Part shown: positions 23,709 through 24,964 of the stretch, piece by piece | Position numbering within the stretch: position 1 is the stretch's first letter | Layout of the letters: each line of letters starts with the position of its first letter | DNA from: Flavobacteriales bacterium UBA4585 | Lineage (GTDB): Bacteria; Bacteroidota; Bacteroidia; Flavobacteriales; Schleiferiaceae | Length of the DNA stretch: 24,964 nucleotides | Assembly (NCBI GenBank): GCA_949487015.1 | Contig: CATAQZ010000034.1 | Span: 1 to 24,964 of the forward strand | Direction of reading: 5' to 3' | The notes under the pieces: model-generated | Told to the model about the DNA's origin: nothing | Seen by the model: the letters and a program-made list of their open reading frames with translations, nothing else | Databases searched by the model: none | Program-made: the position numbers and the translations under genes

Positions 23709-24886
23709 CGCAGCGCAGCTACCCCAGGAAGTGTTTTGCCTTCAAGAAACTCTAACATCGCTCCACCACCAGTACTGATGTAGCTTACCTTTTCGGAATA
23801 ACCAAACTTATTCACTGCAGCCACACTGTCGCCTCCGCCAATAAGCGAGAAAGCTCCGTTTGCTGTTGCATCCGCTACCGCTTGTGCTACCGCTTTGGTT
23901 CCGCCCGCGTAATTCTCGAATTCAAACACGCCCATAGGGCCGTTCCAAATAATGGTTTTGCTTGATGCCAATGCCTCTAAAGCATTTGCAACACTTTGCG
24001 GACCATTGTCTAAACCCATATAACCTTCAGGAATCTCACCTATAGGACAAACTCGCTCTGCTGGTATATCCGCGAAGTCTTTAGTTATAAGCGTATCCAC
24101 AGGAATCAAAAGATTACACCCCTTCGCTTTAGCCTCCGCAATAAGTTGCTTCGCTAAGTCTAGCTTATCGTCTTCGACTAAAGACGTTCCTATAGCACCA
24201 CCCATGGCCTTTACGAACGTAAATCCCATGCCGCCGCCTATTATTACTGTACCTACATTGTCAATCATATTGGTAATAACGCCAATTTTTGAGCTGACCT
24301 TAGCGCCTCCAATTATCGCAACGGTCGTTTGACGATCGCTACCTAAGGCTTTTGAAATACTTTCTACCTCGGCATTCATCAAGTCACCGAAACCTTTATT
24401 CTCTGACGAGAAAAACTGTGCAATAATGGCCGTTGAGGCATGCGCCCTATGGGCCGTTCCGAAAGCGTCGTTCAAATAGATGTCACCTAATGCAGCCAAT
24501 GCTTTAGCAAATCCCTCGTCTCCGCTCGTCTCTTCTTTGTAATAACGTAGATTCTCTAACAACACCGCTTCACCTGGCTTTGCTTTTGCAACAACTGCTT
24601 CAGCCACCTGACCAATACAGTCCTCCGCAAAATGAACAGTAGCGCCAACCGCATTTTCAACTTCACCGACCAGCGCACTCAATGACATTTTCGAAACTCG
24701 CTCACCGCCTGGACGTCCTAAATGGCTCATCAAAACCGGAATTCCACCTTCAGCCAACACTTTTTTGATTGTTGGTGCTGCCGCCATTATACGTGTATTA
24801 TCAGTCACAGCAAGGTTTTCATCCTGCGGTACGTTAAAGTCAACGCGGATTAGAACTTTCTTATCTTTAAAGTCGAAGCTTTTCAT
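23705..24886 (-). CDS. pgk: phosphoglycerate kinase
   Basis: RVDFNVP, LLENLRY, NDAFGTAHRAHAS, GGAKVSSKI, WNGPMGVFE, GGGDSVAA, ISTGGGAMLEFLEG. Confidence 0.99.
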   Translation of the reverse strand: MKSFDFKDKKVLIRVDFNVPQDENLAVTDNTRIMAAAPTIKKVLAEGGIPVLMSHLGRPGGERVSKMSLSALVGEVENAVGATVHFAEDCIGQVAEAVVAKAKPGEAVLLENLRYYKEETSGDEGFAKALAALGDIYLNDAFGTAHRAHASTAIIAQFFSSENKGFGDLMNAEVESISKALGSDRQTTVAIIGGAKVSSKIGVITNMIDNVGTVIIGGGMGFTFVKAMGGAIGTSLVEDDKLDLAKQLIAEAKAKGCNLLIPVDTLITKDFADIPAERVCPIGEIPEGYMGLDNGPQSVANALEALASSKTIIWNGPMGVFEFENYAGGTKAVAQAVADATANGAFSLIGGGDSVAAVNKFGYSEKVSYISTGGGAMLEFLEGKTLPGVAALR

Positions 24887-24964
24887 ATATTTTTGAGTGT
24901 TATTTCAGCGCCCAATTTACTACCCAATTTTCACTCTACATTAGATGTTCAGCATATATAACAA

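Noticed and set aside
1-24964. tRNA, rRNA, riboswitch, CRISPR array, IS element, reverse transcriptase or defence genes
   Set aside because: All intergenic gaps (each under 200 bp once the HTH ORF is counted) were read; none shows a cloverleaf, repeat-spacer array, terminal inverted repeats or a recognisable aptamer, and no such proteins are encoded.

Overview
Core-genome window from a Bacteroidota, most likely a Flavobacteriales member. The taxonomy rests on TAnnTTTG promoters, A-rich start regions without Shine-Dalgarno motifs, a split atp operon, sprE/porW, and the purN-acpP-fabF-rnc-IPExxxVDY-pyk synteny. From left to right on the minus strand: an M28 carboxypeptidase Q-like peptidase (truncated by the window edge), a hypothetical membrane protein, a DUF819 membrane protein, an alpha/beta esterase, an enoyl-CoA hydratase, an orphan NtrY-like histidine kinase, a 59-aa helix-turn-helix ORF missing from the supplied track, atpBEFHAG, two AtpI-like membrane genes, a bactofilin and sprE/porW. 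Then come a divergent M23 peptidase, rnhA-purN, acpP-fabF-rnc-IPExxxVDY-pyk, a pterin carbinolamine dehydratase, pheS, two tandem paralogous lipoproteins, a conserved hypothetical, cvpA and pgk. I see no tRNA, rRNA, CRISPR array, transposase or integrase. The leads most worth following are the unannotated excisionase-like HTH gene with an upstream palindrome, the M23 peptidase / SprE / bactofilin cluster, the His/acid-rich exported N-terminus of ATP synthase subunit a, and the duplicated lipoprotein pair with conserved cysteines. All family assignments come from motif recognition by eye; no database searches were run.
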